DNA of 64,000 nucleotides, taken from the NCBI RefSeq assembly GCF_006345805.1, contig NC_043005.1, forward strand, positions 94,550,001 to 94,614,000, in the 5' to 3' direction. The stretch's first letter is position 1; each line of letters begins with the position of its first letter. This stretch comes from Octopus sinensis. Lineage: Eukaryota. Shown piece after piece: positions 45,442 through 58,317 of this stretch. Under the pieces are notes generated by a model that saw nothing but the letters and a program-made list of their open reading frames with translations, was not told where the DNA came from and searched no databases. The position numbers were made by a program, and so were the translations under genes.

Positions 45442-46307
45442 CAAATTTGTTGTTGAAAATGCACCTAAATTTGAAAACCTTATAATTGTTTTTAAAATAA
45501 ATTTAATTACATATATACCAAACTAGTTTCAACAATATTTTTTGTTTATCAACGGTAAAAATTTTGAATTATGAATTAGAAAAACGTGCTTAAAAGTTTC
45601 AATGTTGACAAGTTTAAATGTTCATAACTGTCAAAAATATAAAAACTGTGGATCAACTTGTACAAATTTCAATTGTGTTAGTAATAGTCGACAAGAAATC
45701 AATATCATCAAAGTTTCAGTTATACTGAGTTAAGGGGGAGAAAAACAAAGCAGAAATGAAGATAGTAAACAAAGGGATTTTTGGTTTACAGTTTCTGAGA
45801 TTCTCTTTCCGTCCTATGCAGGAACTTTCGCTTGTAACGGTGTTCTTTGAAATCCGGTGTATTAAAAAATTTTTCCCTCGAACGGGGAAATGTTATCCGG
45901 TTATTTCTATGGAAATGTCTTTTGATTCGGTAAAGTACTGGTGATGTCTTGTTTTTCTGGTCGTCAAATTTGTCGCTCTGCCTGGTTGGTTTCCTTGTGG
46001 GGAACGGTCATCAGTCGTTCCAGTTGATTGATTCTCTTAAAGGGTCATTTTGTTGTATTTGCTGAAGTTCGGTTTTAATCGGAGGTAAAATTTTATTGGT
46101 CTAGAGTTAGGTGACGTCGACTTCTGGTGTTTGTATGATGATTTGGAGTTGCGGTTTCGAAACCCGGGTGGGTTACTAAAGTTTTTAAAAATCGTTTATT
46201 GTACCTAGTTTTTTTTGTAAAGAAATTGAGTCTTTTTTCCTTTTACTCTTTAGTTTTTTCTTCTTTCTAAAGGACTTTCAGCTGTGGTGTATATTTTTAA
46301 TGAATAT

Positions 46308-46380
<73 letters not shown>

Positions 46381-48389
46381 CAACACACATACATGAGTCG
46401 CCATGATTGACCGCTACATTCACAAGTTTTTTTTCTAAAAATTCTCTATGTTTATTTCATCGTGTTCTTTTCTGCTTCGTCTTTTGTTTTTCTGTAATTT
46501 TGTATATATATATATATATACATACATATATATATATATATAAAGTAATTTAAGAAAAATAGGGTATAAATACCACTTGATAAAAATTAAAGCCACAGCT
46601 TGAAAGAAAACCCACCATAAATATTGTGATAAAGATAGACACATGCAATGCAATGAATATTTTTAAAAATAGGCTTACCTCTGAATGGAATACAAAGATA
46701 AGTAATGCATATTTCAATACGAATTGATTTCACGCTTTGCATGATAAACATGCTTTGCGATCTTCAGTCGAAAATAGCATTTAACTTCTATTTCTAAAAT
46801 ATTCCCTACATCAACTTGTGTACGTTTCTAATTTTAAACGTCACGCTCCGTTTAAAAGAAACTATCATAAACAATAAAATTTAAATAAAGTAAAGTATTA
46901 TTGTTACCGTTATATACAGTAATAATGAGATAGCTAGCGAGTTTCTACCTTTACAAGTATAATATAAAGTAATCTAAGAAAAATAGGGTATAAATACTCC
47001 TTGCAAAAAATGTGAGCGGATGTGAGCTAGAAGGTTAAGACATAGTGCGCATGCACAGCAGATTTTAAGGTCAGTCTGTGCCAAGCGAATTCACACTGCG
47101 TGCTTTAGTTACTATGGTAACAGTCCGGATACTTATTGATCAAACCTCATATATCGTTGCTATTAGGCAAAAGTGTCGTAAGTCCAAAACATTACTTTTT
47201 GAGAAAACGAAAAACTAGTTTCATCGTTCCAAATCAAAACTGTTGTGCTCTTTGACAAATTTTGATATCTTGGCATCTGAAGCAGTTGGAGATACGATAA
47301 TTTGACCAAAAGAACCGGCTATTGTAAGTAAAAATAAATATTGGAAAAAATCGTATTTGGCCAAATTTGGACATGCGACAGTTTAACATAATAGCAACGA
47401 TATATATTTATATATTGAAGTAATAGCAGCAGTAATTGTAATGCAACTAGTTGTCTGCAGTAATCATTTTTGTTGTCTAAATAAACTGATTGTGACACTA
47501 ACAAGCCGTCCACTAACCATAATGAGGTACTTTCTAATTATCAATTTATTTTAAAAAATTAACTCATTATATGTCGTGCTGGCTCACCCACAAACTAAAT
47601 ATTTTATTAACTGACATGTCTATTAAGTAATTTCCTCAAGCTGACATTTCTTAACTATTTTTCTTTCTTCATTTTATTGTTGTATACATGTAGGTTATGT
47701 ATTTATAAGAGCTAACGTGGGAATCTCTAATTGGTCTTCAAAGCACCCAGAAATGGCAACCAAATATATCACCTATTAAAAAACAAACAAAAAAGACATA
47801 TTGGATTATGTACTCCTGTGCCTGAAATAAATGTGGGGTCATTGTTGAATCGCATTTGATTATAAGTTCGCTCTATTGTGGTTTGCCATGGCAAAACTTA
47901 TTGTATTATTTGTTTCTCCTTCATTATCTCAATATGACTCTCTCTCTCGCACTATTAGGTTTATAGGCATACATACTCACATACATACACAGAAACACAC
48001 ACATATGTATGTATATAAAAGCGGATGAACAAAGGAAACTCCATCACATTTACTTGGAGCTGTATCTAATAACAGGTCGATTTAGCTCCACATTTCTCTA
48101 AGTTTCGAGAGTGCAGGACAAGTTCATGTCATCAGATATTCTACTTTACTACTCACAAAAATTGTAGCCAAGCTTTGTGAATTTTTTTATGCTCGTGGTA
48201 ACTGGTGTCGCTGATTTATCACACTCCTCAGAATCTCGACCAACTTAACGCAAAAGACCCGTATGCTTTACCACGAGGAGTATGCAATCAAAGAACTCAA
48301 GTCGTTGAGAAAGTAAAAAATCCAAGTAAACTGAACTGAGAGGTCGAATACTCTCACCTAGAATCCATTTTAAAAGTTTTTTTCTTTAC

Positions 48390-49540
48390 AAATGTATGTC
48401 AATCACAAGAAAACTGTTGTCATGCATCAACCTGCCCGTGGTAAGCAGTATAGTGTACCAAATATCTATGTGTATGGTAAACGACTTGATGTAGTTGATC
48501 AGTTTGTCTACCTGGGAAGCACTATTAATAGATATAGCAATTTGGATGATGAAATGCCATATAGAATTAGGAAAGCAAGTGTTGCTTTCCGAAGGCTAGA
48601 AAAGTGCCTCTGGAGTCGGCGAGACATATGCAGAAAGACAAAGATAAAGGTGTACAAGGCATGTGTGCTCCCTTCTCTTCTCTATGCCTGCGAGACGTGG
48701 GTCACATATCGATACCACCTTAAACAACTGGAACATTTCCATCAGATGTGTCTCAGACGGCTCTATGGCATTAAGTGGAAGGACCGCATCAGTGATCTTG
48801 AAATATTAGAAGGCTGTCGGTGTGAAAGTATAGAAGCTCTTGTGTTAAAGCAAAGGCTCAGATGGAGGGGTAATCTAGTCAGGATGAAGGATTCAAGGAT
48901 GCCAAAACAACTCTTTTATGGAGAGTTAGCTAAAGGAGAACGACCTCCGCATAAACCCAAAATAGGTATAAGGACTTGCTGAAGGCATCCTTAAGAGATG
49001 CTTGCATCTCTCCTGACACATGGGAAGGCATAGCTATTGATCGTAGCAGGTAGAGAAGGGACAGCCACTTTTGACAAATCTCGAGTTGCACATGAGAAAG
49101 TAAGGAGGGATGTCAGGAAGGGCATCGCTGTTACACTTCCAGATGGGAAGGGTCTTCCTTTGATGCTGACATGCAATGTCTGTGCAAGACCCTGCCTCAG
49201 TAAAGCTGGATTCAAGAGTCATCTTCGTAGTCATAAAGCGAGACAGATGAGTGACAACCTGGCCACTGGTGGTGGTGTAACACACCACAATAATCATATC
49301 TGTCGGGCATGTGGAAGAGAGTGTAATTCGGCAGGAGGACTTAAACGACATGCAAAGGTACATGAAGCCCAGTTACAACTACAGCCGGCTATTACCGGTA
49401 AATGTATTTGTTGCCAATTCTGTACAAGACATTGTAGATCTTTGGCTCGGCTAAAAAGTCACATTCGATCACAGCACCAATAACAGTTAAGTTTCGTGCA
49501 ATGGCCATACTCGATAACGAGGGGTAGCTATAATAATAAT
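48390..49540 (+). mobile_element. RTE LINE, 5'-truncated, with three C-terminal C2H2-like fingers
   Basis: FVYLGSTI, VYKACVLPSLLYACETW, RMPKQLFYGEL. Then CNVCARPCLSKAGFKSHLRSH, CRACGRECNSAGGLKRHAKVH and CQFCTRHCRSLARLKSHIRSQH. Frameshift near 48960. Followed by (ATGT)n. Confidence 0.93.
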
Positions 49541-49799
49541 GTATGTATGTATGCATGTATGTATGAATGTATGTATGTATGTATGTATGTATGCATGTAT
49601 GTATGTATGTATGTATGTATGTATGTATGTATGTATGTATGTATGTATGTATGTATGTATGTATGCATGTATGACTATAGTTCTCCCGATCTCGTTTGCA
49701 TTCATGAATTCATTTCTAGCTCTCTCTTATTTTATGCTTCTTTTACTTTTATGAATCTCCCTCATAAACGCCCGTTTTTGCACCTCGCTTTGCATAGAA

Positions 49800-50445
49800 A
49801 TCTACCCACCTACCTACCCACCTACCTACCTACCTACCTACCTACCTACCTACCTACCTACCTACCTACCCACCTACCTACCTACCTACCTACCTACCTA
49901 CCTACATACATACATACGTACATACCTACCTACCTACATACCTACCTACCTACCTACCTACCTACCTACCTACATACCTACCTACCTACCTACCTACCTA
50001 CCTACATACATACATACATACATACATACCTACCTACCTACCTACCTACCTACATACATACCTACCTACCTACTACCTACCTACCTACCTACCTACCTAC
50101 CTACATACATACATACCTACCTACCTACATACCTACCTACCTACCTACCTACCTACCTACCTACCTACCTACCTACCTACATACCTACCTACCTACATAC
50201 CTACATACCTACCTACCTACCTACCTACCTACCTACCTACCTACATACATACCTACCTAAATACCTATCTACCTACCTACCCACCTACCTACCTACCCAC
50301 CTACCTACGTACCTACCTACCTACCTACCTACCCACCTACCTACCTACCCACCCACCTACCTACCTACCTACCTACCTACCTACCTACCTACCTACCTAC
50401 CTATCTATCTATCTATCTACCTACCTACCTACTTATCTACATACA

Positions 50446-50475
<30 letters not shown>
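49800..50475. repeat. Compound (CCTA)n/(ATAC)n/(ATCT)n tetranucleotide array, about 670 bp
   Basis: Direct reading; source of the LPTY/IHTY ORF. Confidence 0.97.
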
Positions 50476-50476
<1 letters not shown>

Positions 50477-51151
50477 TATCTAATGTAATGATTCAGCTAC
50501 GTTTTCTAATTTCCTGCTTTGGATTTTTTTTTCGTTTACGCATAACCGTATCTCACACCCTGTATATCAAAATATCGAGCATCCTTCCATTTCCATAACT
50601 TGAAATTTCCATGACAATAAACAATAATCTTCATGAGAATAAACAAAAACAAGCAAGATTATCTAAAAGCCATTAATTGCTAAATGGACCAAACATACAT
50701 TAAGTTTGAAAAATTGCTATTTAAATATACTCGGTGGCCTACAGGGATCACCCTAATGGCCAATCTGTTGCCTACCTCTGATCTAATGTTATACTAAGTT
50801 CGCGACATTATAATCTTGCCGCATATTACTGGTTACTTCTTTCTTTCCTGCTTGTTGCTTTTTCTTCTTCATCACTCTTCATCTTCTTTCTTCTTTTCAA
50901 CTCTTCTCACTCTCTTTTCTATTTCTTTTGTATTTCACTTTCCTTTACACATTTAATCATAGAAAGATCTTTCTCATATTTCTTACCAGCTTTTATACTG
51001 AAACACTTTCATTTTTTTTTTCGACCCTTATATCTAAATACCATAATAATAATTATATTTTAAATGCTTTCATTTTACATTATAAGCATTTAAATCTTAG
51101 AATAGGCTTAGCTTCGTTTAACCAGAACAGTAATACCGTTATATGCCTATA

Positions 51152-51661
51152 TCTATATATATAAAACTGTAGTTGTGTGAGTGTCTGTTCCCTTCGATTT
51201 AGATTCCTAACTACTCCCACATTTTGCAGTGCAGTTTAACCAAATTCGGGTATCTTATAGTCGTGATTCATATCGAGCCCGTCTGGGTATTAGCGCGCGT
51301 CTACGATGAGTCTACGATTTTAAAAATAATTTATCATTTTTTATTCCATTTTAATGCATAATTTTTCGTGTGTCGATGGCGGCGGAGTTGGCGTCCACGC
51401 TCACATCTGCACCTGTTTGCTTCTCCCCCTTCTTCCCTCCCTCGTGAAGCTGTGGGGAAGGGAGTGTAAGGAAATCAACGTCGTAAAGCGTTGTCAAGGA
51501 GACCAGCGTTCTTTTAGAACAACGACTTCATGGCTTGAAGACACCAAAACAGAAATGGCTAAGAAAGCCCGAATTGGCATCTATAAGGGAAGTAACTCTC
51601 TAAAAATGCTTATATAGTTATTTCCCTTACAAACCCGAGCAACGCCGGGCGATACTGCTAG
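51152..51661 (+). mobile_element. Non-autonomous Helitron, complete
   Basis: A|TCTATATATATAAAA at the start and CCCGAGCAACGCCGGG hairpin plus CGATACTGCTAG|T at the end. No TSD. The interior retains many CpGs. Confidence 0.88.
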
Positions 51662-51840
51662 TATCATTATAAAACTTCTAATTATGTTGAAAAGCTTGAC
51701 TGTGGAACTAAGGGTGACGGCGGTGTAAAGTCTCAGTTCTTCTTCTTCTTCTTCTTCTTCTTCTTCTTCTCCTTCTTCTTCTTCTCCTCCTCCTTCTCCT
51801 CCTCCGTCTCCTCCTCCTCCTGCCAAATAACCTTCCTATC

Positions 51841-51904
<64 letters not shown>

Positions 51905-52440
51905 GAGTGAGAGAGCAGTGCATGCCATCAAAGTGACACTGGGGTAAAAATATACGAAGCCCAGTATACCCATCATGACTACCTGTCTGATAAGGGTACA
52001 CCAGACAGATGCATCACAACTATATGTGCGCGACATGGTGATCTCATATCAAGATAAACAGCGCATGACCTTGCAGGTGGGGCCCGATTAGAATTTTCTT
52101 CGGGTCGAGTAACCCATCCCGCTCAAAAGGTCCCTGAATAAGGTTTGTTTAAGGATGATGGACGAAGCACCCATGTTTCCAAGGGTGAATTATCCAAAGC
52201 CCAAAGAATTCCTGTCAACACATGGCTATGATGCTCCCCCACTACTTCTGCCCGTGATCAGAGATTAACTTATCATCAGCTACCTGATGCTCAACTGGTT
52301 ATGGTCAAACGACTGACAAGCAGAATATTTGCTGTAGCCCATCTTTTATACCAAGACAAAACAATGTACATGATGACACTTCCAATCAGTTAAGATCAGA
52401 AGCTATGAGAGCCACTGTCTGGTACTGCATCAGAGCGTTT
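51905..52440 (-). mobile_element. Non-coding ~535 bp element embedded in (TAA)n; probable non-autonomous retroposon
   Basis: Sharp unique-sequence block between (TAT)n at 51838-51904 and TAA/TTA repeats at 52441-52493. On the minus strand it ends in a CAGTG...CACTG hairpin, then ctctctcactc, then (AAT)n. No meaningful ORF and no clear pol III boxes. Confidence 0.6.
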
Positions 52441-52465
52441 ATTATAATAATAATAATAATTATTA

Positions 52466-52496
<31 letters not shown>

Positions 52497-53299
52497 TTTC
52501 ATCCTAATACCGAGCATGACGCTGGCTTCAAATGACTCCAACCGTCCTTTTATTTTGGATCGAGTTTAGTTAACTGTAAAGCTGTCCCACTCTCTGACAG
52601 TAAGTAAGGTACAAGGTCAGATATTTACCAATTGAGATTATTTTCATTTCTTTTCATTTCACTTCAGCGATCTATTTATATATCTATTGAGATATATATA
52701 TATATTTTTCTATTTTCATAACTATTGATATATCTGTAATCTCACCTACCTACGTATCATCCCTCTGTTTAAATAACTATCATGTCTACAGTCCCTTCTG
52801 TCGATGTATCTATCTATTTATTCTCATAATACCGATAAGTAATTAAATCTAACAAGAAAAAAACAATGACTATTAGCTACCGCAGATTTTGGTCTGGAAC
52901 ACGCAAATGATATTTACTAAAGTTATTCTACTTTAATTTACCGATCTTTTAAAGCGTAAAGTTACAGATCTTCATGACACTATTTCATTATGTAGAATAA
53001 TATAAGCCTTTTCCCTCCGCCCCACTCTCTCTAATAATGTAGAACTTTCTTTCTCTCTACTTCGTGTTTTCCCTTTCTCTTTTTCACTGATTCCACTATT
53101 TTCGTTTCTTTCTTTCTCTTTCTCTCCTTTCTCTCTTATGTGTCCAGGTGCATCCAGGTGAGGTATGGAGAATCTATTTCACTATTGAACCAAAAATATT
53201 TTACATTCGAATATATAAGTATATTTATGCTTATATGTATATGTGCGCATATATGTATTTGGGCGCATATATATGCTTATATGAGTGTGTCTTTGTGTG

Positions 53300-53470
53300 T
53301 GGGTTTGGTACCCGCATCAATTGACAACCGATGTTGGTGTGTTTACGTCCCTGTAACTTAGTAGTTCGGCAAAAGAGACCGATAGAATAAGTACTAGGCG
53401 TACAAAGAATAAGTCCTGGGGTCGATTTCTTTCACTGCATGGCTGCAGTCAAATTAATGAAACAAGTAAA
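53300..53470 (+). mobile_element. CORE-type SINE 3' part (another copy at about 54355-54560)
   Basis: ttgacaaccgatgttggtgtgtttacgtccctgtaacttagtagttcggcaaaagagaccgatagaataagtactagg...gaaacaagtaaaa. Confidence 0.85.
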
Positions 53471-53485
53471 ATAATAAAAATGTGT

Positions 53486-53522
<37 letters not shown>

Positions 53523-56313
53523 CGTGTGCATGCATGCATGCATGTATGTATGTATGTATGTATGTATTTAGAGTCAAAAGGCGAGAGCTAGAGATGCTTA
53601 ATATAGAAAACACGTAGCAGTGTTGAAATGATTTGAACTTAAACTCCGAAATCTTAATCGAGGAGTAGGACCTCAGGGTAAAGAGTGGGAATAAGAGAAA
53701 TCCAGGTGAGCTAATATGGAGACAATGGTGGGGACACACACGACTAGGAATGATATATATATAGACATGTGCTTATACATAGACACATATAGATGCACAT
53801 AGGTATTTATAGAGAGATATATAAATTCATGTGACTAAATATATTCAAAAGATAAACACATATGTAGAAGCATACAGATATTTATATACATATATAGACA
53901 AATAAACTTATATAGGGCATAAAATATTGAGGAGAGAATGCATAGTGCATGTGTGTGATCGTATGCAGGTCACGAGTACATCAGACAACAATGATTTTGG
54001 GTGGTTTACGGTGTGAGCATAGAACCACTTCCAGTTTTCGATAGACAGAGATATGGGGATTAATGAATGGTATTATGTAGGTTTTAGCATATCTGTTCCT
54101 TATCTTGGATTGTAATGATAGAATGAGATATAAAGAAAAAGAGAGAAAACTGTGGGGAAGGAGAGACAGGGAGTAGGTGTGATTGATTAGGAGACGAGAG
54201 AGAGGGAAAGAAATAAAGAGAGAGCTATAAAGATAAATAAAGAAATAAAGAAAGAAAGAAAGAAAGAAAGAAAAAGAGAAAGAAAGAGACAGATAAATTG
54301 GTATATACGGAAATGATGAAAGAGAGAGAGTTAGAGATAGATTGTGTCTGTATTTGTCACCTGGCCACCGGTGTTAGTTTATTTACGTTCATGTAACTTA
54401 GCCTTTCGGCAAAAGCCTCTGATAGAATGAGTATCAAACTTGAAGAGAAACACATAAGTACTGTTGCCGATTTGTTCGACAAAAAAAAAAACCTTAAAAA
54501 AAAGCTTGAAGGCGGCCCCTCAGCATGGTCGCAGCCCAGTGACTGAAGCATGTAAAACAAAAAAGCAAAAGAAAAGCAAAGGAGAAAAAGACAAGAATAT
54601 AATTTGGGATAAATGAGGAGGAAGAGGATGGGGGAGGAGGGGAGGAGTCAAAAGAAATGAAGGAAAAGTAGTGAGTGAAAAAGAGATGGCTACGAAAAGA
54701 AAGAGTGAAACGGTGAAACTGTGAAAGAATAGAGTGAAGGAATAGAATGGAGGAAATAAGAAATGAGACGAAACGAAGATAAGAATGTATGTGGGTACAA
54801 GAGATGGGAAAGAGGAGAAAGAGCAAAAGGAAGGAGTGAACTATGTAGAATAGGATAAAATATATCGGAAACCCATTAAGTCGGGAAGCAAGTAAAAGTA
54901 AGATGGGAAAAAATAGAAAAGAATCCGATTTCGATTGAAATTTGTATCAGCTTGCTGTCATTGCTGCAAATTAGCGATTATTGTTAGTTGAAGTCCCTGC
55001 AATGTACATGGTTCGTCAGCAGAAATTTGAATCGTATTCTACCCACTCATTAATAAGTTGTAATAGTAAAAAAAAAGACTTCACAATCCCCGTAAGCTAT
55101 TTGATATAACTAAAATGATGAGTGAGAACTATTTTAAATGTTCTCAGTACAGATAAGAGTCAAGACTATTGAAAAGGTTGCAAGACGCAACGAAAATTTT
55201 GGGAAAATAAAAATAAGAAATAAGTGGAAATTTTACTGGTGAGTGTGTTACATTATAAGGCACAAAAAGAAAATGACTCTCCCCAGACACAACAGAATAT
55301 GCTTCAACACACAAACTCATATAAAGAATCTTGCAAACCAAATCCAAAAACGCAGTACAGATGAATTTACTTCGAAAATGCATTTGCAGAAGTATTTTAG
55401 CTCTGATCAGTATTTTGGTTTTATCTGAGACGGCACACCTTTCTCACATTGGCACACGAACCCACACTTCTATAAGATATGAATAATCTACTGATGGTGA
55501 AACTATGACTTGCGTATTAACAGGATCATCGTGTGCTACATAAGAACTCATGGTTTATGACTGCTGATACGTAGAGACCCCGGGAGGGGGCAGAATATAG
55601 CTGCTCTTGTGTTACATTTGAGTAGTCTCTCAAAATTCAAAGGGTGATTTTAGATTCTTTTTGAATTTTGAGAGGCGGGCACGTCATATCTATAAAATGT
55701 CTATAAGAAGTGATGGTGTGGGTTGCCAACACATAAGTTTGGGACCGGAGAAACTACAGAAAGAACCATAAAAATCTGACGGGTCCCTTCTTCAAAAACA
55801 ATCTTAGATTTCTCTCGAATTTTGTGAGACATTATGGAGTTTGATACAGCAGCAATAATCGTTCCAGGTCTGTACACTCAAATCCTCCCGCTGAGGTTAA
55901 CTTTGCCGTCCAACCTTTTGAAGCTGATAAAGTGCCAGTCCACTCCTATGATCTGCCGTCTTTCTATTACTTCTTATAACTTTCTCTTTTCTCTAAGAAA
56001 TCTCTAACCAGAAGAGAGATTGTCTCCTCTATATAAAAAAATGTTCAAGTCCCACTGTATGTCACGACAACGTCCCTAGAACTCAAGCATGGAGTTGAGG
56101 ACCCAAGGTAAGGTAAGGGATAATCAATACTGCTAGCGTCACCATCCAACTTAATACATCAGTATCCCGACTTCCAATGGCGCCAGCTGCTCATCCCCAT
56201 CAGCCACTCCCCTATCCACCACCACAACCAGCACACATCTCTGTATCAAGCGCACCTACTGCTTTAGAGTTGCCACTGTTTCCATAAATAAAAAGCGAAG
56301 TAGTTAGGTAGAC

Positions 56314-56350
<37 letters not shown>

Positions 56351-56353
56351 TAT

Positions 56354-56413
<60 letters not shown>

Positions 56414-56537
56414 GTTTCTTTATTGGCCACTCAGGGCTGCACACAGATGGGACAAGTTACAAGGTAGAGCTTTTCTTTTGGGGGATGAAAAAAACAAAAA
56501 AACAAAAGAAACAAAAAAAGGGGTGGCGATAGATAGA

Positions 56538-56578
<41 letters not shown>

Positions 56579-58317
56579 ATAGTAGCAGCAGCAGCAGTAG
56601 CAGTAACAGTATTGTCATTGTCGTGTGTTGTGATAGCAGAAATGATGGTAACGGTAATTGTGCTAAGAAGAAAGTGCCACACACGAAGAAATTTACGAGG
56701 CAAGCTTCCCTCATTGAGCTTCCGATAATGACGTCATAAAATGAGTGATTAACGATTACAATGACGTCACAAAATGAGTAATTAACGAATATTTACGAGC
56801 TTTGACGCTGGTTTTCTTTTCTTTTCCTCTCAAGAAGGAAGGCAGTGCTCATAATCCTTCACAAGATGAAAAGTAAAGTAATTCACCTCGGAGAGAAGCA
56901 AAGTTGATTTTGATGAAAAGCGAAAGTGATCTAGGAAAAAGCAATGTTTGTACTGAAAAAGGCAAAGTTGATCTCGAGTAAGCGGATAATTTTCAACTCA
57001 TATTAAACGAAGTGTTTCGGGCCGACTAATTTCTATATCGGCAGATATTTGATAATGTTATCTGTGATTACATTAAACGAATTCCTCTCTAATGTCTGAC
57101 TGTCAAGATTTGCTCGCTCTCTAAATTCCTCCGTCTCTTGTTTTATACCAGCCACATTCGTCTTTCTTTCTCCGAACACCTATGCCATTGGTCTTTCTCT
57201 GATTTCAATCACAGAAGTGTACCTATGCTAGGCTATCACTGTTGGTTTCCATATTCACTACCAAATGGATTTCTCTCTCTAGGAACTATATGTTCAAGTT
57301 ACTAATGTGTTGGGTTTTTCTTTGTTGGAACACCTATTATATGTCTCACTTCCCAATAGCAATATTAGATCTTTTGTTCCATGTTCCCATATAATTCATC
57401 ATAGATCACTTTCATTTTAGAAGTCATTCTAAAAGTATTTCTTTCTGCTTAATATCAGCAACCAGTAACATTCCAAACAAGACGTTAAATTAATATTCTC
57501 AATTTGTGTTAAGTTTTACGAGATTTTTTCTTCTCTCCCCGATTCACAACTATGACAATTAAAATATGATAATTATACCTCTCGAGTAATCATTTATATC
57601 GTTACGCCACGTAAGACATACTTACAACCATTGTGTGCAAATCTAAGGTGGATTCTGATCAATTTGATATATCGCTGCGTTTAAATTCTACTATAGACAC
57701 TCATTGTATCTCTGGGCTAGTTTTTCGGTTTATACAGAGGAATGGATTTCTGAGACGGTAAGAAACAGCTACAAGTGTTACTAGCCGCGCATTGTGTGAG
57801 GCGTGGCATAATTTGCATCACTACACATCTAATTTCATTGAATGGTAATGCTAGGTTCAATTCTCTCGGCTGACGTTTCTATCTACTTAAATTTAACGGA
57901 AACCAGTATCGATAAACCAACTCTATTGATCCTGGAAGTTTCGCAAAAGATTGACCTTTTTAGAAGTTTAGATTTGGCTGGAATATATATACTTATCTCA
58001 TTTCTCATCTTCTTAAAACTAATAAGAAAGAAGCGTTGGACTCAGAGCGCGAAACCTCTTGTTGTTTCATGTTAAAGATTATCTATGCTAAAGACGTACG
58101 TCATCTCCACTCGAATCAAACCACTAACAAAAGACCATTAGCAACATTCTGGCAGCTAAAGTGTTAGCATGTACGAAGAAGCTATTACAAGTGACTACTA
58201 CTGTATATTAAATTAGTTAAAGTGGGATTTAGTGTTTGTTGTCATCGTATTACACAATTTCCTTTGCTCTTCCGTTCTAAAACGTGTCACCCACTTCTCT
58301 CACTCACCACCGCTTCT

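Noticed and set aside
45985-46022. Minus-strand CTGATGA...GAAAC motif
   Set aside because: There is no stem III or cleavage triplet. CTGATGA lies in the loop of a GGAACG/CGTTCC hairpin, which is not hammerhead geometry.
52376-52432. Faint resemblance to U2 snRNA words (taagatca, ctggtactgca)
   Set aside because: The matches are short, with wrong spacing, no branch-site-pairing sequence and no Sm site.
55627-55674. 15 bp perfect inverted repeat with 18 bp spacer
   Set aside because: It is isolated and AT-rich, with no TSD or second copy. Too little to call a MITE or terminator.
57100-57480. Possible very old APE-endonuclease remnant on the minus strand
   Set aside because: It needs many stops and indels to resemble the motif. 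It is not supportable without a profile search.
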